Notes under the pieces: model-generated | Told to the model about the DNA's origin: nothing | What the model saw: the letters and a program-made list of their open reading frames with translations, nothing else | The model's database searches: none | Shown here: piece by piece, positions 40,537-49,452 of the stretch | Layout of the letters: each line of letters starts with the position of its first letter | Position numbering within the stretch: the first letter of the stretch is position 1 | Position numbers and translations under genes: made by a program | Source: a virus | Lineage: Duplodnaviria; Caudoviricetes | Virus record (IMG/VR): IMGVR_UViG_3300026549_000034 | Coordinates: 96,001-160,000 of that record | Reading direction: 5' to 3' (one strand) | DNA: 64,000 nucleotides

Positions 40537-41119
40537 AATTCGAGACATAAAATATAAGTTATTAAAAGAACTAAAATGGGATCATATTAAAGAAACTGGA
40601 TATGATTGTAATAGTGGTACAAAATATGTAGAGGTTAAAAATGCATTATTTGAAGTAGATAAAGACAGGATATTCAATACAATTCCTCAACTTTCATATA
40701 TGAGTCCACAATGGTATATAGATAATTATGATCCTATATTAAATAAGAATGATCAATTAAATAAATGTATAAGTAAATTAGTAGAAAATACAAATTCAAG
40801 ACAAGCCGTTATTATAATGGGCGATACTAATGAATTTGATAATATAGATAATACTTTTATATGTACAATGTATATGCATATATTTCTAAATAAGATAAAA
40901 TATGATGTATATGAATTAGAATATATTGTACATATGAGATCTAATGATTGTATAGAATTTATTACTGATTTACAATGGCATAAGAAATTATATAATGATA
41001 TCTTAAATCAATTAAGAGAAAAAACTAAATTAATGATTATGCCAAAAAATATTATATGGAATGCAGACACTATACATTTATATGAACAATTTTTTGAACA
41101 AGCATTAAAAGAATCTTAA
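40529..41119 (+). CDS. Shortened, divergent gp42/thymidylate-synthase-fold paralog
   Basis: SRQAV, FICT, HMRSNDCIEFITD, WNADTIHLYE; lacks the internal segment leading to INSNYG. Confidence 0.8.
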   Translation: MDKIRDIKYKLLKELKWDHIKETGYDCNSGTKYVEVKNALFEVDKDRIFNTIPQLSYMSPQWYIDNYDPILNKNDQLNKCISKLVENTNSRQAVIIMGDTNEFDNIDNTFICTMYMHIFLNKIKYDVYELEYIVHMRSNDCIEFITDLQWHKKLYNDILNQLREKTKLMIMPKNIIWNADTIHLYEQFFEQALKES

Positions 41120-41125
41120 TTTTAT

Positions 41126-41815
41126 ATGAAAAAACTTATTTCAGCTTCTATTATGTGTGCTAAGAACTTATTGAACTTAGAACACGAAATTAAAGAACTA
41201 GAGAAAAACAATATTGATATGTTTCATCTAGATGCTATGGATGGACATTTTGTAAATAATATTACTTTTGGTCCAGACATATTGAACGCTATTCATAAAT
41301 GTGTTACAAAACCTTGTGATTATCATTTAATGATGGATGATCCTTTGACATTTATAGAACGTCTCGAGCTTTCGGCAGATGATATTGTTACAATACATGC
41401 AGAAATTGATCCAGAAAAATTTGATGCAACTATAAAATATTTGAATTCTTTAAAGAAAAGAGGAATTAAGATTGGGGTTGCGATTAATCCAAAAACATCA
41501 ATAGAAGGATTGTATGACTATTTGGAATATATAGACATGATATTAGTTATGCTTATTAATCCTGGATTTGCTGGTCAACCTATTATTGGTGGTATTATGC
41601 AAAAGCCGATATATGTTCGTCAATATTTAGATTCTATAGGGTATGAAAATATAATGATATCTGTTGATGGCGGTGTATCTAATGAACGTGCAGAAATATT
41701 AGCAAAAGGCGGTGTAAATGTATTTGTTGGCGGTACTTCTGGATTATTCAAAAGAAATCAAAATATTAAGACAAGTATTGAAAATTTACGAAAATCATTA
41801 AATACTTCTGATTGA
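41126..41815 (+). CDS. Ribulose-phosphate 3-epimerase family protein, allulose-6-phosphate 3-epimerase (AlsE)-like
   Basis: HLDAMDGHFV, DYHLM, VDGG; AlsE-type SIMC, PGFAGQP and GTSGLF. Confidence 0.88.
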   Translation: MKKLISASIMCAKNLLNLEHEIKELEKNNIDMFHLDAMDGHFVNNITFGPDILNAIHKCVTKPCDYHLMMDDPLTFIERLELSADDIVTIHAEIDPEKFDATIKYLNSLKKRGIKIGVAINPKTSIEGLYDYLEYIDMILVMLINPGFAGQPIIGGIMQKPIYVRQYLDSIGYENIMISVDGGVSNERAEILAKGGVNVFVGGTSGLFKRNQNIKTSIENLRKSLNTSD

Positions 41816-41866
41816 AATTTCTATTTTTAATTAAAGAATTAATTGTTTTTAATATAATAAATTAAT

Positions 41867-43531
41867 ATGAAAGTATTTATAGCAACATCTGGTATAGGTT
41901 CTAGACTTTTAGAACTAACAAAATACACAAATAAGTCAATGATTAAGATAGGTAAGAAGCCAGTTATATCTTATATTATTGATGAATATCCTGAAGATAC
42001 AGAATTTGTAATTACTTTGGGATATTTTGGTGATCATGTACGGCAATATCTTGAATTGGCATATCCAAACAAGAAAATAACATTTGTAACAGTTGATAAT
42101 TATGCAGGTCCAGGATCTTCACAAGTATATTCACAATTACAGGCAGAAAAATATCTTCAAGAGCCTTTTATATATCATGATTGTGATACTATAATTGAGA
42201 ATCTTCAGGATCAAATTCCAATGAAGTTCAATTATAATTTCTTAGTTGGATATGAGACAAATTCGGAATTATATGATGCATTTGATTATGATATTAATAC
42301 AAAGTCAAAATCAAAGAAGTACGAAGTATATGATTTGATTAAGACATATATGAAGCCAGATTCTTTAGTCGGTATGTTGGCTTTTGTCGGTATTTGTGGT
42401 ATATATGATTATAAGGAATTTTGGAAATATATGCACATGGCTTATGAAAATGAACAAGTCCCTTATGATTTCTTAGTATATCATAAATATGGTATGTTTA
42501 AAGATAATTTGAAAGCAATTAAGGTTACTAATTGGGTAGATACTGGAAATATAGCCGGTGTAAAGAATTATCGTAAGCAATGTAAAGATCAATTTTTTAT
42601 ATTAGATAAGAATGATCAGGCAATTTTCATAATCAATAATAAAGTAATTAAGTTCTTTGCAAAAGATGGCGTTGTTGATGATCTTTTGAAACATTATGAA
42701 ACAATTAAAGATTTTTGTCAACCTATAACTGAACATACTAAGAATTTTATATGTTATGATTATATAGATGCTGAGGATGCTATAGTAAAAATGAATCCTG
42801 TTCGTTTTGAAAATTTTTTATATTCATTAAAGAATAATAAATTTTGGTCTAAAGTAGAAAATATTGATGATAAATTGTTTTTTGAGTCTATGAAGAAATT
42901 CTATATAGACAAAAATATGCAACGGGTAAATCAATTTAAAGAATTCTATAAAGTATCTGAAGATGAAGACATATATGTAAATGATATATTGATTCCTAAA
43001 GAATATACTATTGAAAGAATGCTTAATGAAATGATGAATATGAGAGAATGGAAAGAATCTGTTCCTTGTATTTGGCATGGTGATTTTGTATTAGACAATA
43101 TTCTTTATAACCAAAAGGAAGATAAATATATTTTACTTGATTGGAGACCTAATTTTATAAACATTAAAGAATATGGAGATAGAAACTATGATTTTGGTAA
43201 AATGAATCATAATATTACTTTTAATTTCTATAGCGCATATAATGATCTCTATAATGTACAAATAAATGATAATAAGATTTACATTAATATGCTTTGTAAT
43301 AATTATGTATATGAATGTAAAGAAATATTAAAGAAATTTGTAAATGATAATTATAATGTAAGATTTGAATATATTGAAATGATAACTGGTGCATGTTGGG
43401 TAAGTATGTCTCCATTATATTTCTTAAATCCTATTTCTAAACTATTGTTCTATATGGGTAAGCTTACTTTATATATTAATTTGATGAAGCTTCAAAATAA
43501 AAAAATAAATACTATATATGATGAATTATAA
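41867..43531 (+). CDS. Sugar-phosphate nucleotidyltransferase fused to an APH/choline-kinase-like kinase
   Basis: N-terminal SGIGSRL...NKSMI, HDCD, WVDTG; C-terminal HGDFVLDNIL, LLDWR, YDFGK. Confidence 0.85.
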   Translation: MKVFIATSGIGSRLLELTKYTNKSMIKIGKKPVISYIIDEYPEDTEFVITLGYFGDHVRQYLELAYPNKKITFVTVDNYAGPGSSQVYSQLQAEKYLQEPFIYHDCDTIIENLQDQIPMKFNYNFLVGYETNSELYDAFDYDINTKSKSKKYEVYDLIKTYMKPDSLVGMLAFVGICGIYDYKEFWKYMHMAYENEQVPYDFLVYHKYGMFKDNLKAIKVTNWVDTGNIAGVKNYRKQCKDQFFILDKNDQAIFIINNKVIKFFAKDGVVDDLLKHYETIKDFCQPITEHTKNFICYDYIDAEDAIVKMNPVRFENFLYSLKNNKFWSKVENIDDKLFFESMKKFYIDKNMQRVNQFKEFYKVSEDEDIYVNDILIPKEYTIERMLNEMMNMREWKESVPCIWHGDFVLDNILYNQKEDKYILLDWRPNFINIKEYGDRNYDFGKMNHNITFNFYSAYNDLYNVQINDNKIYINMLCNNYVYECKEILKKFVNDNYNVRFEYIEMITGACWVSMSPLYFLNPISKLLFYMGKLTLYINLMKLQNKKINTIYDEL

Positions 43532-44477
43532 TGACATAAAAATAGCTGGTGTAACATGTGCTTTTAATGAATCACAAATGGTAAAATACGTTATGCCATA
43601 TTGGGAACGTATTAAGCCAGATAAATTAATTGTGTATGATAATATGTCAACTGATAATATGTGTGAACTATTAAGAAAATATCCGTATGTAGAAATAAGA
43701 AAATTTGATACTGGCGGTAAATTTAGTGATGAAACACATATTAAAATAAAGTCAGAAACAGCCAAAGAATTAGCAGATGCTGGTTATGATTGGATTTATA
43801 TAGGTGATTTTGATGAAATATTATATACAGAAAATGAAAACTTTAGAGAAGTATTATATGAAATTCAACAAATGGGCGGTAATGTATTTTGTAGAGATAT
43901 GGTATTACCGTTTGATACTACATTAGATGTTTCATTTGATACTAATAAATTACCTCATCAATGTGTACCGAATTATATTACATCTCATGATTGGTCTTCA
44001 TTTTGGGGTTTTTCTAAAGTAACATTAATACATAAGTCAGTACCAAATATACGTTTTAACAATGGGTGTCATCAGGCATATTTTCCGCAAAAAGGAAATG
44101 CTGATTTAGTTGTATTCGGATATCCTATTATTGGTATACATCTAAAATATATTGATTGGAATGTATTGGAAAAGAATTCACATGATAAGCATGATAGAAT
44201 ACAATGGAGAATTCCTGTAGCAAAATCAAAAGTTGATGTTCAATTTACAAAACATTTATATAGTAGATCATGTGGTATGAATAATATAAACAACATGATA
44301 TCTGCAATGAAGAAAAAATTTGATAAAGTAAATGTTAATGTAGATACAACAACTTGGGATAAGTTTAAAGAATATTATGATAATGAATATGATGTAACAA
44401 AAGTTAAATTTAAGCAATATTTAAATAGAACAAATTTTATAACTAAAGATTATTATGAGACAAATAGAAATTCGTAA
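43518..44477 (+). CDS. GT-A fold glycosyltransferase (GT2-like)
   Basis: TCAFNE, VYDNMSTD, WIYIGDFDE, GCH, HLKY. Confidence 0.8.
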   Translation: MMNYNDIKIAGVTCAFNESQMVKYVMPYWERIKPDKLIVYDNMSTDNMCELLRKYPYVEIRKFDTGGKFSDETHIKIKSETAKELADAGYDWIYIGDFDEILYTENENFREVLYEIQQMGGNVFCRDMVLPFDTTLDVSFDTNKLPHQCVPNYITSHDWSSFWGFSKVTLIHKSVPNIRFNNGCHQAYFPQKGNADLVVFGYPIIGIHLKYIDWNVLEKNSHDKHDRIQWRIPVAKSKVDVQFTKHLYSRSCGMNNINNMISAMKKKFDKVNVNVDTTTWDKFKEYYDNEYDVTKVKFKQYLNRTNFITKDYYETNRNS

Positions 44478-45804
44478 AGCAGAAAAGAACATTTTAATTG
44501 GTAAAATTGGAAAGTCAATTAAATTTAAACATTTGGATATTCGTATAGGCGGTGATGCTTGTATGATATTTTATTCATCAATAGCAAGAATGAATCCGGA
44601 GTATAATTTCTTTTGGATTGGTCCTAATCAAATGAATAAATTAAGTGATGAAGAATATGATTATATCTTCCCAAATCATAATGTATATTCAGCATATGAT
44701 TCTAATTATGAAGATCCGAATCATCATCCTTTTTATCCTATTATTAAGTATTTTAAGGACAATAACATTAAGATAGATTTTGCATTACTTATGTCAGGAA
44801 TGTGCTCTGGAATAAATGTACCTAACTTCTTAAGAAGTCCAAAGACAGGAGAATATGTAAAGATACTTAATGCATTCAAAAATTATTGCGGTCCTTATAT
44901 CTATACTCTTAATCAAACTGGAGTACCATTCTATCTTATTTCTGAAGATGCAAGATATATTACAACAAATGCTTCTGACTTATATAATCGAGAAAGAATA
45001 ATCTTCACACAGACTAATGGATATTTTGAACCAATAGAACATATTACTTCAGAAACTGATTGGACTAAGACTACAGAAAAAATTAAATGTATATATGGAT
45101 ATGTAGAAAGAATATTCATGATGGGTCTTGATAAAAATTGGAAAGAAAATATTGATATTGACAGAAAGTTAAATAGTAAAGGAAATAGATTAATTGTAAT
45201 ATCTAATGGTTGTGGTCAAAAGGACATAAATCGTGCAAATGGTGGTAAAAGTTCACGTCTTCCTGGATATAAGAAATATATTATAGACAATCTTAAGGGT
45301 ACAGAATTTGAGAATACTAAGATATATGGACAATGGGACGATAAGACTTATGAAAAATATCCCCAAATAATTGATAAACCATTAGTAGAACTTGATGATG
45401 AGGTGGCTGATGCAAGATATTCATTGGTATATTCTATTATGCCGGGCTTTGTAACCGTAAAAGCATGGGAAATGATTATCAAAGGTCTTATTCCATTTAT
45501 TCATCCAGACTATGATAAAGACAGATTATTAGGTCTTCCAGAATATTGTTATCTTAAAGATGAAAAGGATCTATTAAACAAAATGAGAGAATTGGATTCA
45601 GATAATGACAAATATCTTAAGCTATTAAATGATTGTTTTGCATGTATTTCAGAAGATGATCTTAATGGAAAACGAATGAATAACTTTATATTCAATAAGA
45701 TTTCTGAAGATCTTGGATTTGATTATGTAGAAAAGAATGGTTGTGAATCTATTTTTGATCATTTCTCTAAAGATGTATTTGATTTCAATAAGATTAAAAA
45801 GTAA
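44455..45804 (+). CDS. DNA beta-glycosyltransferase-like protein (T4 BGT fold)
   Basis: YLISEDAR (BGT YLFTDIR), KIYG, GFVTVKAWEM...FIHPDYD (BGT NFITLRVWET...LIDEEFD). Confidence 0.72.
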   Translation: MRQIEIRKAEKNILIGKIGKSIKFKHLDIRIGGDACMIFYSSIARMNPEYNFFWIGPNQMNKLSDEEYDYIFPNHNVYSAYDSNYEDPNHHPFYPIIKYFKDNNIKIDFALLMSGMCSGINVPNFLRSPKTGEYVKILNAFKNYCGPYIYTLNQTGVPFYLISEDARYITTNASDLYNRERIIFTQTNGYFEPIEHITSETDWTKTTEKIKCIYGYVERIFMMGLDKNWKENIDIDRKLNSKGNRLIVISNGCGQKDINRANGGKSSRLPGYKKYIIDNLKGTEFENTKIYGQWDDKTYEKYPQIIDKPLVELDDEVADARYSLVYSIMPGFVTVKAWEMIIKGLIPFIHPDYDKDRLLGLPEYCYLKDEKDLLNKMRELDSDNDKYLKLLNDCFACISEDDLNGKRMNNFIFNKISEDLGFDYVEKNGCESIFDHFSKDVFDFNKIKK

Positions 45805-45806
45805 GT

Positions 45807-46304
45807 ATGGATAAATGTATTGTTATAAGTGATGTAGACGGTTGCCTTACGGATGGCGGATTATACTATACTGAAGAAGGTAAAGTAATGAAACGTTTCG
45901 GTGCCGGTGATCATGAAGGTCTTAAATTATTGAAGAAAAATGGAATATCTGTAGAGTTCATTACTGCAGATAAAGTAGGATATCCTATTGTTGCTAAAAG
46001 AATGAAGGATATGTCTAATTCAACTATTCATATTTTTAATGAGATTGAAAGGTATGATTTTGTAAAGTCATTGAAAAACAAATATGAAACTGTTGTATTC
46101 TTTGGTGATGGGCCTGGCGACGCTTCATTAGCAAGTAAGATGGCATGTGATATATTTGTATGTCCTAATCAATCTCGACAGGAGGTAAAGCTTGTAGCTG
46201 ATTATATTACTGAAACAGATGGTGGACATGGCGCATTCTTAGACATGGCAATATGGGTATCTAAAAAAATAAATAAAGAAAATTATAAAGAATTATATGA
46301 CTAA
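45807..46304 (+). CDS. KdsC-like HAD sugar-phosphate phosphatase
   Basis: DVDGCLTDG, FITA, FGDGPGD, GGHGAF. Confidence 0.88.
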   Translation: MDKCIVISDVDGCLTDGGLYYTEEGKVMKRFGAGDHEGLKLLKKNGISVEFITADKVGYPIVAKRMKDMSNSTIHIFNEIERYDFVKSLKNKYETVVFFGDGPGDASLASKMACDIFVCPNQSRQEVKLVADYITETDGGHGAFLDMAIWVSKKINKENYKELYD

Positions 46305-47577
46305 TAATATAAAATGGGCAGCAATACAACCATTGACTGGTGGTCTATATTTAGGAACAGAAGAAGCTATAGGTCATCCAGCAGAATGGATATTGACATA
46401 TAAAGGATTAAATACAATTAAAAAGGATAAAGCCGATAATGTTACTGGTGTAGGTAATGAAGCATATCTATTAAACTATCTACATAAAGTTGATAGGGAA
46501 GTACCATATTATCAAATGAATAGAAAAATGTTTGATACTAATTTGGATGATATGAATCCGGAAATATTACTTAATGATGAACCTGCTAAGCCAAATTATG
46601 AAAATTTAGATTTAGTAGTTGCATTACCGGTATGTAGTGGATTATCTATGGTTACATCTGCTGGACAAGAAACAAAAGACGGTCGTAATTGTAATATGCT
46701 TTATTTAGCAAAATTGGCATTAACAACAATCAAACCAAAAATTTATATATTCGAAAACGCTCCTACTTTTATGGGTGAACGTGGTGATAGTTTACGAGTT
46801 AGTTTTGAAAAACTTGCTAAAGATAATGGTTATTTAATTGTATATTATAAGACAGATACACATAAACATTATAATTGTCAACGACGTCCAAGAACTTTTA
46901 TATTTTTTATAAGAAAGGATGTAACAAATAATCAATTGCCTGTATTAGATTTTGAAGACAAACCAATGTCTATTCAAGAATTTTTCGACAATATTCCTTA
47001 TGGTTTGACTAATCAAGAAGAATGTAAGCCACGTCCTCATAATTATATATTATTAGATTTCTTCAAAGAAAAATATGGAGAGGAATGGTTTAAGACATTA
47101 GACAATAAGTGCTTAATGAAATTGATAGTAACAGATAAACTATTTGATGAATTATTTGAATATTGTAAGACTTATACAAAAATATCTGAAGATGATATGA
47201 ATAAGTCTATAAAATATTTTAAGCATGTAAAAGATAAGACTGACAGGAAGTTAAATTGGTTTGGTTCAGATATAGTATTTTATAAAAAGGAATTACCGTC
47301 AGTACAATTTAGAAGTATTACAACAACGATGCATCCAAATTGTAAACGAGTATTGACTATAAGAGAAAATCTTGAATTAATGGGAATGCCACATGATTTT
47401 GATTGGTTTGGGGATGAATCTAATCTCCCTAAAATTGCACAAAATGTTCCTGTAAAAACAGCTAAATTTATAATGTCGCAAGCAGTCAATATATTAGAAA
47501 ATAATATCAATATATTTATGGATGGTAATGTTTTATACATAAATAACATTAATAACAAAATTCAGTTAGTGGCATAA
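46297..47577 (+). CDS. C5-cytosine DNA methyltransferase-like protein
   Basis: Atypical motif I QPLTGG, IV PVCSGLS, VI FENAP, VIII QRRPR, IX RVLTIRE...MGMP, X IAQNVP. Confidence 0.8.
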   Translation: MTNNIKWAAIQPLTGGLYLGTEEAIGHPAEWILTYKGLNTIKKDKADNVTGVGNEAYLLNYLHKVDREVPYYQMNRKMFDTNLDDMNPEILLNDEPAKPNYENLDLVVALPVCSGLSMVTSAGQETKDGRNCNMLYLAKLALTTIKPKIYIFENAPTFMGERGDSLRVSFEKLAKDNGYLIVYYKTDTHKHYNCQRRPRTFIFFIRKDVTNNQLPVLDFEDKPMSIQEFFDNIPYGLTNQEECKPRPHNYILLDFFKEKYGEEWFKTLDNKCLMKLIVTDKLFDELFEYCKTYTKISEDDMNKSIKYFKHVKDKTDRKLNWFGSDIVFYKKELPSVQFRSITTTMHPNCKRVLTIRENLELMGMPHDFDWFGDESNLPKIAQNVPVKTAKFIMSQAVNILENNINIFMDGNVLYINNINNKIQLVA

Positions 47578-47599
47578 AAACAATTATTCTTTTTATATG

Positions 47600-47626
47600 A
47601 AATGAGGATCTTAAAGATCCTCATTT
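47600..47626 (+). terminator. Intrinsic terminator closing the modification operon
   Basis: AAATGAGGATCTT-A-AAGATCCTCATTT followed by a T-rich run. Confidence 0.8.
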
Positions 47627-47662
47627 TTATTTTTAAATATAAGAATATGAAACAAAATATTA

Positions 47663-48730
47663 ATGAAAATTTTTCAAATATTATTAAATAAAACAAAAAA
47701 TAGTTCATATAGATATGCTGAAGAATTATATCTATCATTATCATCTATAGAAGATATTGATATTGACCAAAGTATAATAGTTGATAAAAGTGAATTTAAT
47801 CCAGATTTGATAGATATAATTAATTCTTATGATTACGTTTTTATTCATTCAATATCAAAAGATAAAGATTTATATAACATATTAATAAATTTTATTAAAC
47901 CTAAAAAGATATTATTTATTACTCATACTATATTAAAGCAATGGCATAATGATATTAATTTATCATATATTATTCCATTATTGCGAAATGTAAGTAAAAT
48001 AGTAATTAATCCACTTGCATTAGATATAATAAATGAAATTAAGGAAAAAATATCTGATGATCAGTTTAACAAAAAATATGTAGAACTTAAATATGTTTAT
48101 AATTTTTATTTGTTTAATACAATAAATAAAGATAATATCATATCAATGATATCAAATAAGGGAGTACGAACTAATTATGATTTATTCATTAATTTATTTA
48201 AAAACAAAGAAATATTAAATAGAGATTTTATTTGGAAATTATACGGTGTAACAAAGAACATTCAAACTTATTATATTAATGATTTATATATAAACAATAA
48301 AACACAAAAACCTTCATTAATAACTAATTTTGATACAACAGTTATTTCAAAAAATATGATAAATGTATATGGAGAAATAGACAGAAATACATATAAAGAA
48401 GTTATAGAAAAATCATTATTTACATGCAATTTTGATAATGAATCTTATATAAGTTATAATATAATAGATATAATAGGCAATGGATCTATTCCAATAATGT
48501 CAAAAACTGTAGCGCAAAACATAAGAATAAATCAAAAACAAACATTATATGATCTTAAATGCGGTATATTTATTAATGATACATTTGATGAACAAGCTAT
48601 AATAACTATAAATAAATTAGTACAAAGTCCTAATACATACATAAATACATTAAATAAGCATGTAAATATTTTTAAACAAATTTTCAATAATTCAGAAACA
48701 ATCAATAAATTATTACAAAATATAATATGA
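47663..48730 (+). CDS. Degenerate DNA alpha-glucosyltransferase-like (GT-B) protein
   Basis: INSYDYVFIHS, IKPKKILFITH, YNIIDIIGNGSIPIMSK align by eye with T4 AGT; key motifs are altered. Confidence 0.55.
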   Translation: MKIFQILLNKTKNSSYRYAEELYLSLSSIEDIDIDQSIIVDKSEFNPDLIDIINSYDYVFIHSISKDKDLYNILINFIKPKKILFITHTILKQWHNDINLSYIIPLLRNVSKIVINPLALDIINEIKEKISDDQFNKKYVELKYVYNFYLFNTINKDNIISMISNKGVRTNYDLFINLFKNKEILNRDFIWKLYGVTKNIQTYYINDLYINNKTQKPSLITNFDTTVISKNMINVYGEIDRNTYKEVIEKSLFTCNFDNESYISYNIIDIIGNGSIPIMSKTVAQNIRINQKQTLYDLKCGIFINDTFDEQAIITINKLVQSPNTYINTLNKHVNIFKQIFNNSETINKLLQNII

Positions 48731-49431
48731 AAAACATAAATAATTACATATCAGAGAAGCTCAATATAAAAAATATTAAAGTACATCAATATAAGTATTT
48801 TCCAAAGACAAAAGAAGAACTTAGAAAAATCTTAGAAAAAAGATTAGATGAAGACAATAATGCGGATTTGAATGATATTGATGTTAGTGAAATAACTGAT
48901 ATGTCATTACTATTTAATAAGTTAGATCCACATAATATAAATATATCTGGCTGGGATGTAGGTAATGTTACTGCAATGGGTGCAATGTTTAATGGATGTG
49001 ATAATTTTAATTCTGACTTAAGTAAATGGGACGTTAGTAAGGTTACTAATATGGATTCAATGTTTGCTGATTGTGGAGAATTTAATTCTGATCTAAGTGA
49101 ATGGGATGTATCTAAAGTTACAAATATGCAAGCTATGTTTACTAGATGTCATAAACTTGATACCGACTTAAATAAATGGGATGTATCTAATGTTACTGGA
49201 ATGGATTCAATATTTTATGGTTGTAATAACTTTAATTCTGACTTAAGCAATTGGAATGTATCTAATGTTACTGATATGTATAAAATGTTTTATGATTGTA
49301 ACAGCTTTAATTCTGATCTAAGTAAATGGGATGTAAGTAATGTTACTGATATGCGTAATATGTTTTTTGGATGTGATTCGCTAAAAAATAAACCAAGCTG
49401 GTACAAGAATAAAATAAAAATTAAAAAATAA
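48727..49431 (+). CDS. DUF285/BspA-like repeat protein (6 repeats) with EKLNIK leader
   Basis: MKNINNYISEKLNIKNI; 25-aa W(D/N)VS repeats. Confidence 0.88.
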   Translation: MKNINNYISEKLNIKNIKVHQYKYFPKTKEELRKILEKRLDEDNNADLNDIDVSEITDMSLLFNKLDPHNINISGWDVGNVTAMGAMFNGCDNFNSDLSKWDVSKVTNMDSMFADCGEFNSDLSEWDVSKVTNMQAMFTRCHKLDTDLNKWDVSNVTGMDSIFYGCNNFNSDLSNWNVSNVTDMYKMFYDCNSFNSDLSKWDVSNVTDMRNMFFGCDSLKNKPSWYKNKIKIKK

Positions 49432-49452
49432 TATATAATATATATAAATGAT

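Noticed and set aside
41126-46304. Host capsule/LPS sugar island
   Set aside because: Interleaved and overlapping with gp42-like, BGT-like and C5-MTase-like genes, and no export or polymerase genes; a DNA target is more parsimonious though unproven
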